From the human T2T-CHM13v2.0 reference genome, Homo sapiens, in NCBI RefSeq assembly GCF_009914755.1, contig NC_060938.1: a stretch of 64,000 nucleotides of DNA. One strand, written 5' to 3'. The position numbers were made by a program, and so were the translations under genes. Below, piece after piece: positions 1-13,070 of this stretch. Positions within the stretch are counted from its first letter, which is position 1, and every line of letters starts with the position of its first letter. The notes beneath the pieces are model-generated. The model was not told the DNA's origin. It searched no databases and saw only the letters and a list, made by a program, of their open reading frames with translations.

Positions 1-306
1 GATATCAGTGTCAGGGCAGAGCCAATGGTCCAGGATTCATGGCTTCCGTTATCCCTGCAGAGGATAGACACTGAGGACCAGCTTGATGCTGTTCCTGCTG
101 CACCAAAGGGTAAGCGGAGTTGGGCTAAATGGCATTTGGAATAAGCACCCAGGAGAGGCCTGAAGACTGTGCAGGCAGCGAGGTTCAAAGCACAAGGTTC
201 CCAGGCTTTGAGCATCCTACTTCTCCAGTGTCCCTCGCATCCATTTGTCCCAGACCTCCTACCCCAGTCTGCCCTAGTTGAGGCCCCATCATATTTCCCA
301 TGAACC

Positions 307-718
307 TGATATGGTTTGCACGTGTGTTCCCTCCACATCTCATGTTGAAATGTTATTCCTCGTGTTGGAGGCGGGGCTTCGTGGGAGGTGTTTGGATTTT
401 GGGGGCGAGACCCTCATGGATGGCTTAGTACCATCCCCTTGGTGATGAGTGAGTGCTTTCTCTGAGTTCACGCAAGAGGGTTGTTTAAAGAGCGTGTCCC
501 CTCCCGCGCCCCTTGCTCCTGCTCTCATCATGTGAGGCACTGGCTCCCCCTTTGCCTTCTGCTGTGATTGGAAGCTTTCTGAGGCCCTCCTGAGAAGCAG
601 ATGCTGGCACAATGCTTCCTGTACAACATGCACAGTGGTGAGCCAATTTAACCTCTTTTCTTTATAAATTACCCAATCTCAGATATTCCTTTATAGCAAA
701 CAAAAATGGCCTAATGCA
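307..718 (+). mobile_element. ERVL-MaLR solo LTR, MSTB-like, inserted into an L2 fragment
   Basis: Starts TGATATGGTTTG and ends CTAATGCA, with MST-type internal blocks (cttccTGAGGCCCTC, TTTATAAATTACCCA). Degraded 5-bp TSD gaacc/ggagc. L2-like sequence continues on both sides. Confidence 0.9.
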
Positions 719-879
719 GGAGCATTACGACAGCACCATCACTGTCCCCCAGCCTGCAGTCTCCACTACTCCACTCATTTCCAACAGCTTTCAGCTGGGC
801 CATGTTAAGGCGCATCTCAGTGTGTCTTTACCTGGCTTGTAAACCTTCAAATTGGTCTCCTCACAGACACTGCCTAGAG

Positions 880-1170
880 CAGTTTCCCAAATGATCTTCC
901 GAGTCACACTAGTTCCTATAAAATATTAATGGTGTTCCTTGGAAAAAAAGCTCCATGCCCAAATTGTGTTGGAACTGCTGGGCACAGCAACAAAGGCAAG
1001 CTTCCACACAGATGGACTTCTCAGCACCCCTACCATGCAGGCTGTACCGTGAAACTCCCAGAAGGGGAGAATGGGCCACCATTTCCTTGTTCCCTAGCTT
1101 ACTGGGAACATCTTCTTCCTCGCTCTTTTGTGGAAGTAGAATTCCACTGAACACAGTGTGGGGAAATGTG
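880..1170. mobile_element. hAT-type non-autonomous DNA transposon (MER/Charlie-like MITE) inside an L2 fragment
   Basis: Terminal inverted repeats CAGTTTCCCAAA ... TGTGGGGAAATGTG and an 8-bp TSD gcctagag (872-879) / gcctaaag (1171-1178), as expected for hAT elements. Confidence 0.7.
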
Positions 1171-1589
1171 GCCTAAAGAACGAAGTCCAAATTCCTTATG
1201 CTAGCATTCAGGATAACCTGTGATTAGGTCCTAGGATCATGGAGAATTGAGTTAATTGTATCAGAATGGGATTTCCACAACCACAAAAGCCTCCAGTGAG
1301 AGTAAATGAACTCGAAGCAGAAGAGATCTTGTGCTGCAATCCTGGGGATGGTGCCATAGGTGGGAATAGGTGGATGCATGAGGGTCAGGTAGCCTGGAGA
1401 CTCTGGGCTTAAAGAAGGATCTACTTAGAAAGGAAGTTTCTGGTTGAACACTTTAAAGGGAGACTATTGTGAATGTAGCACTAATATCTGCCCTACCCAT
1501 CTGAGAAATGGCTGTGATAAGGTAGAGGACATAGGAGTGGGAACAAGATTTGGAAGTCACGTAGTTTGGTGGTCTCATAATAGTGTTCC

Positions 1590-1740
1590 TAGCAGTCACC
1601 TGGAGGTACTTGTTAGACACGCACCCCCCACACTCCCCTCAACGTGCACATGGAAATTCTAACACAGCAGATCTGAAATGGAACTTGGGAATCTAAATTT
1701 AAAATATGTTTCCCAGATGACTTGAATGCATGTGGTCTTT
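1590..1740. mobile_element. MER5-like hAT-Charlie fragment
   Basis: agtcacctggaggtacttgttagacac ... tttcccagatgacttgaatgca resembles the MER5 core. Confidence 0.5.
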
Positions 1741-2251
1741 ACATATTTCCATATATATTGATCCAATCAATATTGGCTAATAGATATTGATCTATTCTTT
1801 GTTTCATAAAGACAATGAAGCTGAGGCCCGTTCAATCCATGGGGGGCCAGGCCATGAGTTGAGGTGCCTTCTAACTTTACAGCAGGTCTCTCTCCACTTT
1901 ACCAGGTCTGAGTGAGCTGGAAGTCATCCCTGGGAGAATCAGGTTTTGGAGAGACAAGGAGCAAGTTGTGTCCTCTCTGGAGGACTAATCTGGAAGTTTA
2001 ATTACATAAACATAGGAAGAAAATACTGAAGAGCCTAAGGGGGTGACAGCCATAGTGATTTTAACCAGCTGGTTAGAGTACAGTGAAGTATTCAGGGTGA
2101 GAGAATTATGCTAGGCCAAGGGATAAAACCTTGCATGGAGAAAGGATGGTGATGACATGCTTCCAGGGAGGCCAGCCATGCTCCAGAATGTCCTCGCCTA
2201 GAATAGTCGAAGAGTCAGTCAATATAGCTACAAGTATTTTTCGAGCATTAG

Positions 2252-2729
2252 TGCTTTAGGTCAGGAGCGGAGTCTGGGACAGGGACTCAGAGACAGAATG
2301 CACTGAGGGATCAAGGGACTGGGAGAAGTAGGACATGGTGGGAGGAAAGAGGCAAGGATGTAGCCTCCGCTGAAGTCTAGCTTCCTCTGGACCCATGGGG
2401 AACTCAGGAACATGGCATCTGTTTTAAAGAGCTATCTTGCATCGTGCCCTGAAATTCAGCAGTTGTTGGCTCTGCTGAGCTGGTCCCACCTCGAGGCAAG
2501 GGTTGGACTGCTGTACTCTCATATCAGTCTGTTAATGGCTGCAGGCTGCTCCTCCTGGGGAGTGGGGTGGGAGCTACCCTTTCAGAGGAGGTGGCTTCCT
2601 TCAGCTGAGAACAGTTATCCAGAGAAGGTACAGCTGTGATTTGCCAGCTGCTAATACTTGGAGAAGGTGGGAGCTGGAGGCATGGCAGAGTAGAGGGGAT
2701 TTGGTGGAGTGCACACAGCATCCATCACC
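2252..2729 (-). mobile_element. ERVL solo LTR, LTR16 family
   Basis: The end ggggatttggtggagtgcacacagcatccatcac is the reverse complement of the LTR16 5' end, and the start tgctttaggtcagg matches the reverse complement of the 3' end. Confidence 0.7.
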
Positions 2730-2749
2730 ACCCAATTGTTTTGTACCCT

Positions 2750-2845
2750 ACGGAGGGGAAAACTGAGGTCTTGAGAGAACAAAGGACTTGCTGAGGGTCA
2801 CATGGCTCAGTTCCTGAGTTTGGAGCTCTACTGTCACCAAGTCCC
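2750..2845 (-). mobile_element. MIR fragment
   Basis: gaaaactgaggtc...gacttgctgagggtcacatggct is the antisense MIR core. Confidence 0.65.
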
Positions 2846-3657
2846 TTATTTTTATCCACAGATCCTCGAAGCAAAAGGGTGTCACTGGTGGAATCTGTTT
2901 CTTTGTCCTTTCTAGGTAGAGCCAACAACTGCTGAGCTTCAGGGCATGCTGCAAGATTTTTCTTTAAAACCGGTGCTATGTTGATTTTTGCAGGATCTTG
3001 TCCTTGCTGCCTCTGTCCTATACACTGTAATGAATTGCTTTCTTTTTCTGCTTGTACCTGGGGGTGACTTTATCATAGACAGGGCTATTTTAAAAAGCAG
3101 ACGGCAATGTCCTCTTCAATATGTTTCCCTGATGGATAAAAGTGCATACTCAAATGAACACAATGTTGGAATCATAGAATTTAGCACTGGAAAGGGAATA
3201 TCAGAGACTATCTAGGGATCAGCGGGGTGGAGGGGGGATGTTTTCAGCATCCATGATATGCCACCACCCACTCTTCACACACCTTTTCCTTGGCAGGTTT
3301 TGACTACAAGTCTGCAGGTGTGCAGTGGCTGATTTCTCTCCCTCCCCACTTTATGAACCAGACACATAGCAGCAGAGTAGGCAATAAAAAAAATCCCAGG
3401 ATTTCCTGTGTTATCACTTATAGCCTATCAGAGCTTCTGATCACTGCAAGATAATCTGAGACAATACCTGAGCCAATATCATTCCATCCAAAGCAAAGAA
3501 GCTTGACATTTTAATTAACTTGTCTGGCCTGGTCATGGGCATATGTAGAATTCTCGGGGGGTGTTTTGAAATATCAAAACAGCTCTTGGATTTCAGTTTT
3601 GACCTTCAAATTCCTCTGGGGGTCTGGGAAAGCCCACTTGGGACTCTGAGTATTTTC

Positions 3658-3750
3658 AGACTGCAGATGGGGAAGCTGAAGCCCAGAGTGGGGAAGTGAT
3701 TTTCCCAAGGCCACATAGCAAAGAAGATAAAAAACTGAAACTTAAGGTCA
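3658..3750 (-). mobile_element. MIR fragment
   Basis: cagatggggaagctgaagcccagag...ttcccaaggccacatagc. Confidence 0.7.
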
Positions 3751-3880
3751 GATATTTCCTCGAGACATCAGAAGTTAAAGCCCATGATATAATGAGTGAA
3801 AACATGCATAGTAAACTGTAAAGCTGTCTACATATGTATGTGATAGGCCTTGAGTCCACTCCTTGAGTCCATCATTTTGA

Positions 3881-4266
<386 letters not shown>

Positions 4267-4869
4267 TAATAAGGAGAGCCAAGACATTTTTCTGTGGCTT
4301 TTCTTGAAGGTGATCTCACTGCACTGACTGACGATCCTTCCCCATTTTTATAGCAATCTGGTGGTGATATCACAGCAAATAAATTTAAGTGACATGTTCA
4401 CTTCAGTCGCAGGCTTTAAACTCTAACTAAGCACTGTATTTTATTTTCCCGAAGATGTGGCACACAGCTGATTCACCTGTACTCCTGAGTCATATTTATA
4501 GGACAAAAGCTTTCTTGGCAGCAACGCGAATCAGTTCATGATCTTCAAGATTCATTGCAAAAGCTGGGTGCATGTGGCTTTCTGTCTGGAAGGGCTGAAG
4601 TCATATTATTCTCCCTCATTGACACAGGGTTCACTGCCATGTGGGCTCAGGCTGCCCACCTGAGGTGCTGTTCTCATTAAGGAGATTTGCCTCCACAAGC
4701 TCTAAGACTGCTTGGAAGATGTGGGGTCATTTGAAAGGTATTACTGAATTGCTTCCTTTGGCCCTCTCCTGCAGATCCTGAAATTCCATTAGAGTGTCTC
4801 AGTTCAGTTTCATTCATTGACATCCAAGCTGGAAGGGACCTGGGAAAATACCTAAATTAGCATCGTCAT

Positions 4870-4990
4870 TGCACAAATGAGAAACAGAGGCTTCTACCAG
4901 GGGTGTGTCTCACCTGTGGTCACACAGCTAATGACAGAGCCAGAACTAGGACTTAGAACTGTTGGCTCCTCCTGGAGGGCTGATTTTGCC
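4870..4990 (-). mobile_element. MIR fragment
   Basis: aaatgagaaacagaggc...ggtcacacagctaatgacagagccagaactagg. Confidence 0.7.
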
Positions 4991-5574
4991 ACATCCTGTT
5001 GTCTTCTCAATTGAACAACACCTGATAGAGTGCTTATCAGGCTCTGGTGTGGACAACGTAGCCACACATTCATTCTTTCAGCACACTTTATCAAATTCCT
5101 ATCACATGTGAGGCACTGTTCTAAGCTGTTGGGAGCAGGGTGATGAACATGATAAAGGGTTTTATTTTATGAGCTTCTATTCTTGGGAGAGAGATGAACT
5201 GATCAACTAATAAATAAGTAGGCAAACAGATAACATCAAAGACTTAAAAGTACTATTTAAAAAACAAAGCCACATAGGGACTTAGTAGGAGAGAGAGTGA
5301 TGGTTCTAGGGAGGTACTTTGGCGAGACTGTCCAAGAAACACATCTCTGTAGAGATGGCTTTTGAGCAGAGACAAAATAACAAAGCAAGTCATCTGAAGA
5401 TCTCCCCAGGCAGGGTGAAGAGTGGAGGTAAAGGCCCTGAGGTCAGAATTAGCTTGATGTACTCAAAGAATAGAAAGAAGATCCATGTGACTCTAGTAGA
5501 AGGAATAAGGTGAGAGTCTTAGAACACGAGTTTACAGAAATAGGCATGGGCTAGATCTCCTAAAATAGAATCTT

Positions 5575-5878
5575 TTTAAAAATTAGCTTGTAATAATTGT
5601 ACTTATTTATTAAGCACAAGTGATATTTTGATACATATACAATGTATCACGATCAAATCAGGGTAATTGGCATGTACATTGCCTCAAGCATTTATCATCT
5701 CTTTGTGTTGGAAACACTCTGAATCCTCTCTTCCAGCTATTTTGAAGTACGCAATACATTTTTGACAAAGGTGTGAAGTACATGTATTTGGGAAAGAAGA
5801 GTCTCTTCAATAAATGATGCTGGGAAGATTGGATATCCATGTGCAGAAGAATAAAATCAGATCATCTCTGCCTATCTC
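5575..5878 (-). mobile_element. 5'-inverted (twin-primed) L1MA-type insertion
   Basis: Antisense L1MA 3' end (5575-5760) is fused to a sense ORF2 fragment (tttgacaaaggtg...aataaatgatgctggg). TSD taaaatagaatctt/taacatagaatctt. Confidence 0.85.
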
Positions 5879-6398
5879 TAACATAGAATCTTGTGGCTCA
5901 TGACAAAGCATTTAGATTTTATTTGTAATTGATTAAGATGATCTGATTAACAGTTTTTAAAAGTCACTCTAATTGTTGCCAGGAGATTTTCATATAAGGG
6001 GTTTGGTAAGGAGGTTTTGCAGCAGTCCAGGTGACCATGGAGGCAGTAGTGAACTTGGAAAAATGATGTGTGCTCAGATTCTGAGTGTATCTTGAGTGCA
6101 GAGCTAACATTCTTGCTAATGGATTGGATGAGGGTATGAAGGAAAGAAAGGAGATAAAGTTGCATTCTTTAATTGAATAAATGGAATGCCACTTATTGAG
6201 GCGAATAAATACGTGGAAGAAATGTTTATGTGATTAGGGGAGGTGGATGAAAACATGAGTTCTGATTTGGATGTGTTAAGTTTGAAATACTTAGTCAACA
6301 ATCAAGTGGAGACAAAAGTAGGCAATTGATACATGGGTCTGGAGTTCAGAAAAGACATTAGGCTTAAAAAACAAAGTTTTTAAAAATTTTTTATAGTT

Positions 6399-6605
6399 TG
6401 GGGCTTAGCAAACTACAGCCTGCAGATCAAATCCATCTGCTGGCTGTTTCTTGTAAATAAAGTTTTATTGGAACACAACAACATTCATCCTCATATTGTC
6501 TGTAGCTGCTTTTGCATTACAACAGCAGGAGTTGAAAGACCATCTGAGTCAAAAAACCTACAATATTTCCTAGTCTGGCCTTTATGGAAAGTTCACTGGA
6601 CACTG
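6399..6605 (+). mobile_element. MER58A (hAT-Charlie MITE)
   Basis: gcaaactacagcc...gtaaataaagttttattggaacaca...ctggcctttatggaaag. 8-bp TSD ttatagtt/taatagtt. Confidence 0.9.
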
Positions 6606-7234
6606 TAATAGTTAATATTTAAAACTGTGAAAGTAGATAATAGTAAGAAATAAGTGGGAGTATAGACAAGAAAAAATGACAAATAACTGAGTCCTGGGGC
6701 ATTTCACCATTTAGAGGACTAGAAGAGAGTGGGGACCATCAAAGGAGATTGAATGGAGTGACTGGCAAGATAGGAGAAAAGGATAGTGTGGTGTCCGTTA
6801 TGTCAGATGGTGTTGATAAGCAGAGATAAATGAGGTCTAAGATTCAGCCTTTGGGCTTGGCAAGATAGCAGGCATCTGTGACCCTAAAAGGGTCTATTGT
6901 ATTGTAGGGGTGGGAATAGCAGCTCAACTCAAATAGCATTAGGGAAAAAAAAAAGGGTGAAGAAATAGAGACAGTGGGAGCAGATATATCTCGAGTAATT
7001 TTGCTGTAAATGGGAGCATAGAAATGGGGGTGTGGCTAGAAAGGGATGTGGGGGTCTAGAGAATTGTTCTTAATTTGGGAGACATTTTGGCATAGTTGAG
7101 AATTGGTGGGAATGGAGGGAGAAATTGGTGACACAGGAGAGACAAAGAATGTTGGAAGAAACAAAGTTCTTGGCTAGAAAGCAGTGTTCAGAACCCACAC
7201 TTGGGCTGGATAGGACGGCCTTAGATGGGATCAG

Positions 7235-7613
7235 TGCTATGGTTTCAACATTTGTGTCTACTTCAAAATTCATGTTGAAACTTAATCCCCAGTGCAATGG
7301 TATTAAAAAGTGAGGCCTTTTAGAAGGTGATTAAGTCATGATGGCTCTTCCCTCAATGGTGAGATTAGGACCTTATAAAAGGGCTTGAGGGAATAAGTTT
7401 TCCTTTTCCTTCCTTCTACCATGTGAAGACACAGCATTCAACCCCTCTGGAGGAAGTAGCATTTAAGGCACCATCTTGGAAGCAGGGACCAGAGCCTCTC
7501 CAGATACTAAACCTACTGGCACCTTGATCTTGGACTTCGCAGACTCCAGAACCGTAAGCATAGATTTCTGTTCTTTATAAATTACCCAGTCTCAGCAGGA
7601 ATGGACTAAGACA
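7235..7613 (+). mobile_element. ERVL-MaLR solo LTR (MSTC/MLT1A1-like)
   Basis: TGCTATGGTTT...GGACTAAGACA termini; TSD atcag/accag. Confidence 0.9.
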
Positions 7614-7742
7614 ACCAGGAATAATTCTTCCATTGTAACAGAATGAAAGCAGATAGGTTGGTTGATTTGAGGTGGGAAGATTAAGAAGGTTTTTTTTTCT
7701 TGTTGCTTCTATACTGTTTTCTTAGGGAAATAGTAGGTAAAA

Positions 7743-8193
7743 CCCACTTCTACGTATATACCCAAGAGACATTAAAACATACATCCAATCAAAAACCTGT
7801 ACGTGAATGTTCATAGCAGATGTATTCATAAGAGTCAAAAAGTGGGAAAAACCCAAATGTCTATGAACTGATGAATGACTAAATAACATGTGGTATATCC
7901 ATACATGGGTATATTACTAGACACTAAAAAGAATAAAGTGTGGATACATTCCATAACATAGATGAACCTTAAAAACATTATGCTAAGTGAAAGAAACCAG
8001 TCAACACAAAAGACCACGTAAGATTCCACTTATGAAATATCTGGAACAGGCAAATCTATAAGGACAGAAAATAGATTAGTGGTTGCCTAAAGTTGGAATG
8101 GAGGTTGGGGAAAATCATGAGCGCTAATGGGTATGAAGTTTTCTTTTGAGTGATGAAAATGTTTTAAAACTGATGTGGTGATGATTGTACAGC
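7743..8193 (+). mobile_element. L1MB-type 3' fragment
   Basis: tatatacccaagagac...aaacattatgctaagtgaaagaaaccagtca...gattagtggttgcc is typical of the L1MB7/8 3' region. Confidence 0.88.
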
Positions 8194-8353
8194 AGCTCTA
8201 GCAAACTGACACAGGTGACAAGGATAAAGACATTCATCTGGCTGGAGGGGAAATAAGTTCTTCCTTAAGTCTTTCAAAAATTTGGACCCATGGGGGGTGA
8301 CTAGAAGGGATATGACCTAAGAGCTCAAGGGATTTGAAAACATTGTGCTTGCT

Positions 8354-8628
8354 CACCTACACCCATCTAATCTTCGACAAAGCTAACAAAAACAAGCAAT
8401 GAGGAAAGGACTCTATTCAAGAAATGCTGCTAGGATAACTTGCTAGCCATATGCAGATTGAAATTGGATCCCTACCATTCACCATATACAAAAACCAACT
8501 CAAGATGAATTAAAGACTTAAATGTAAAATCTGAAACTATAAAGAACCCTAGAAGAAAATCTGTGACCCTCAGCAAGTGCAATTATTATTTTTTCTTTCC
8601 AACTTTTATTTTAGTTTCAAGGGGGTAC
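8354..8628. mobile_element. Rearranged old L1PA insertion: sense ORF2 piece, inverted target site, antisense 3' end
   Basis: 8354-8562 is L1 ORF2 (cacctacacccatctaatcttcgacaaagc...ctagaagaaaatct). 8584-8628 is the antisense L1PA terminus (ttttctttccaacttttattttagtttcaagggggtac). Confidence 0.85.
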
Positions 8629-8686
8629 TTGCTGAGGGTCACAGGGTCCAGAAGAGTCTTTGAAATGGAGGTGGAAGTTTTCACAG

Positions 8687-8736
8687 GTGTATGTGTGTGT
8701 GTTTCTGTGTGTGTGTGTGCGTGTGTGTGTGTGTGC
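8687..8736. repeat. (TG)n microsatellite, imperfect
   Basis: Read directly from the sequence. Confidence 0.95.
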
Positions 8737-9194
8737 ATGTCATGTGCACATTTGTGGGCCAAAGTATTATAGAAACAAAGTCGTGGAGACAGGAGAGCAT
8801 GAAGTGGGTTTGGGAGCAGCACAGGGATGAATGATAGGATTAGGCCAGGGAGGCAAGCTGGGGCTTTGTTTCAGATACTGCTCCAGTGGGTGGCCCCATT
8901 TTTCAGGGCTAGATGAAGATAACGAAAGTGGGAGCCACTGTTTCCCCACAAGTTTCCTAGAGGAGAGGATGGGCCAATCAGTGGTTGTCCTGGAAGCCAC
9001 AATGAGCCTAGAGCCCATGTGTGAGATATAGACAAGGAAAAGTCACTTGGGGCAGTTGGGAATATCAACGAGGAAGGAACCTTCCACCCTAAAGGTGTGG
9101 GAAACTTAGGAGAGGTTGGGTCCACGCAAAGAGGGTCTACTTTGGGAGTGGGTACATTAGGGAGGCACAGAAGGGAAGAGATAAACTAATGAAA

Positions 9195-9420
9195 TTAGTA
9201 TCTGCTGAGCAGCTTCTGTGTCCCAAACACTCTACTAGGCCTTTCAGGTGTGTTATCTGAGCTCCTTCTCACAATAGCCCAGTAAAAATGGTACCATTAC
9301 CCCATCTTCCACATAAGAAATAGGCTCAGAGAGAGGTAGTCACACGCCCAAAGGCAAACAGCTAGTGGCCAGGCTGAGCATGAATCTAAATTTCCCTGTT
9401 TCATTTTTACACTCTACCAT
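9195..9420 (-). mobile_element. MIR
   Basis: ctgagcagcttctgtgtccca...ggctcagagagaggtagtcacacgcccaaagg. Confidence 0.75.
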
Positions 9421-10093
9421 ACCTCTGCAATAATTTTTGAAAGGACAGATTGCCTGGCCAGATGGGACATCTGCTCAGTTCTTGTTGACCACATTCCACC
9501 CACCCCTCTGGCATAAACATGCCTTGTTCACCCAAGCAGAGGAGCTTGGATACCATCTACGCCTCCTTGGGTTCTTAAAGACCACAAGAATAGTCACCCA
9601 AGATGAAATGGTGATGCTTTTGCCTAAAGCGGGGGCCTCAGTGGGCTCAGAGACCGATGGGAATGTGTGTGACAGTGTGTTTATCATATTCAAAGGGAGA
9701 CCTTTCTGATAACAACTGTTGTACTGGGGACAGTTATTTTCAACCAGGGCTCTTTCAAGAAAATATGGTCAATAAACTTCATGTGCCCTTCAGCTAAAAG
9801 CATTTTACTTTAACCTTCAGCTATAGAAAGCCTGGGGAATATGACAACGGTTTTCGTTCATTGACCACCTACTGTGTACCAGGGGCTCTACATATATTAT
9901 CTTTCGTTGTGATGGGAAACACAGGGATGGTGCATTGCCAGCCACTGAAGCCAACGTAGCAGAAGCATGAGAGCCCTTGTCACATAGGTGAGCACCAGGG
10001 CAGTAATCCGCAAAGTCTGCTGGGTGGAAAGAATGGGTGGTCCTCTATCTGGTGCGCTCCCTGCAGCCACACAGATTGCATTTCTGGGACACT

Positions 10094-10463
10094 TGCTATG
10101 GTTTAAATATGATCCCCAAATTTTATGTATTCGATATTTAATCCCCAAATTTATATGTTGATGGCATTTGGAGGTGGAAACTTTGGGAGGTAATTACCAT
10201 TAGATAAGGTCATCAGGGTGGGGTCCCCAAGATGGAACTGGTAGCTTTATAAGAAGAGGAAGAGGGACCTGAGCTGGCATGCTCTTGCTGTCTTACCATG
10301 TGATGCCCTTTGTGATGTTATGACATGATAAGAAAGCCCTCACCAGATGCAGCCCCTCAACCTTGGACTTCCCAGCCTCCAGAACTATAAGAAGTATTTT
10401 TTTTCTTCATAAATTACCCGTCCTTGCGTATTCAGCCATAGCAACAGAAAAAAGACAAAGACA
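10094..10463 (+). mobile_element. ERVL-MaLR solo LTR, MSTD-like
   Basis: TGCTATGGTTT...AAGACA; ctggtagctttataagaagaggaagagggacctgagctggca; TSD acact/atact. Confidence 0.9.
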
Positions 10464-11174
10464 ATACTGTGATCTGCATTCCTGGAGAGGGGCAGAACAT
10501 CTGAGCTTCCCACGTCATCACAGCCTCTGCCAAGCCTCTCTGATAGTTTCTGCTTTTCTGGCAATTTCAAGCCATCTCCCCATGGGCTCAGTGGTTGCCT
10601 TTCTCCATTCTGAGAAGATTCTGATTGTGAATTCAGCACAAAATCAAAGCCGGTTCTCCTTGATTTTTCTCCTTCCTTTACTAGGGAATTTTCTGTTTCA
10701 TTAGAGCAATTGATACTCTTCTACCAGCAAGATTTTGTGTGCACAGTGATTCCACTGGGACAAGTGTCCAAATAGACCTTATTTTCTGAGCTTGTGATCC
10801 ACTGGGGGTAGATTCAAGGAAATTGATGAGCGCATCACCACATGTATGAGGGTCCGTGACTCTTGAAATAGCTCATGTCCTGCTAGTCTAGATTGCAGCC
10901 TTATTAACTCTTCCTTGGACACAACCTCTAATGGCTTCCCCACTTTCACTGCCTGTCACTCACCTGGAAATGCTCAGTGAGGCTGGGGCACGCAGAACAG
11001 AAAAGGCCATTGCAGAATTACGGAGTAAACATAAAAGACGCCAGGGAAAGGGGAGGGTAAGTCTAGGACTAAGAAGGCTTGTGGGGTGGGGGAGCTGGAA
11101 GGTGGCAGAGGAGCTGATTTTCTGAGAATCTTCTACATACCAGACACTACTCTGAGCCTTTTAAGCTCAATATC

Positions 11175-12060
<886 letters not shown>

Positions 12061-12498
12061 CTGAGTCCATTTGCAGATAGGCTGGCAGGATACCAAATTT
12101 CTTTCAAAAGCAGTGTCAGAAAGCTTCTAGTAGCCAGTTACTTTTTGATACCCAGGGATGCAACTGTAGAACTTTGGGTCCTTTAAAACCAGTAAAGTCA
12201 TCAGAAAACTTTAGTGGGTGAAGACATGGAGGGACACACATTTCCAGCAAGTGCAGGAGAGGAAACAAAGAAAATCACCAGAAGATCTGACTTCTGAGCT
12301 GTTCATGCCTGGGCAATTCAGAAGGCAGCAAAATTCTCTGGGCAAAGCCAGAGTTTATTTATTCTGGCATTCAAGCCAGTATTCAAGCCAAATTCAAGCC
12401 AGTATTAATAATATAATGGCTTTAAAATGGCTTGGTATTCCTGGCATGGCCTTCCTCACCTGTGCAAGCCCAGAATGCCCTGCCCCCTAGCATATAGA

Positions 12499-13070
12499 CA
12501 TTCATTCACCCACTCATTCATTTTTTTCATTTACTCATTGAACACATAGTCTATTAAGTGCCAGCTCTGTGCCAGGCTTTATACTACTGCCTGGTAAGTA
12601 AGAGATTGTCAGAGAAAATGAACCTACTGAGGGATGGGAAAAGTACATGGTCTCTCTAATACAATGAGTGGTATAGTGGACTTAGCACAGAGGAGGGCCC
12701 CTGATCTAGCCAGGGATTCAAGGAAGACTCAAACTTGACAAATGAGGAAAGAAGCCTTTACTAGCAGATGGAATAGTGGGGCCAAGTCCTGGGGGTGTGA
12801 GAAAGAACTGTGTATTGTTAGGACTCCAGGTTGTTCATCACTGATGAATAATGATGCCAGAGAGGAGGCAGGGCTGAATCTAGGGGGCCATGAATGACAA
12901 GTCAATAGTTGTCATTTTAACCTTTGGATGATGTGAGCCACTGGAAAGCTTTAAGCGAGGAAGGACAGGATCTGATTTGCAGTGATTGCCAGGCTGCTAT
13001 TTGGAGGATAAAATGAGGTTGGAAGTCCAAGGTGAGGGGCGGAGACTGACTGTAATCAGTGAAGGAGCTT
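12499..13070 (-). mobile_element. L2 fragment
   Basis: cattcattcacccactcattc...tgtgccaggc; gagccactggaaagctttaagcgagg...gatctgatttgc. Confidence 0.7.

Larger units (their letters stand above)
5066..7740 (-). mobile_element. Long L2 LINE remnant, interrupted by an L1, MER58A and an MST LTR
   Basis: Antisense L2 3' end (cattcattc...ggcactgttctaag) followed by collinear L2 blocks (gagtgtatcttgag, catgggtctggagttcagaaaag, actgagtcctggggcatttcaccatttagagg). Confidence 0.85.

Noticed and set aside
1755-1796. Two small hairpins (atattgat/atcaatat and aatagat/atctatt)
   Set aside because: The 7-8 bp AT-rich stems are compatible with chance or a trivial local duplication.
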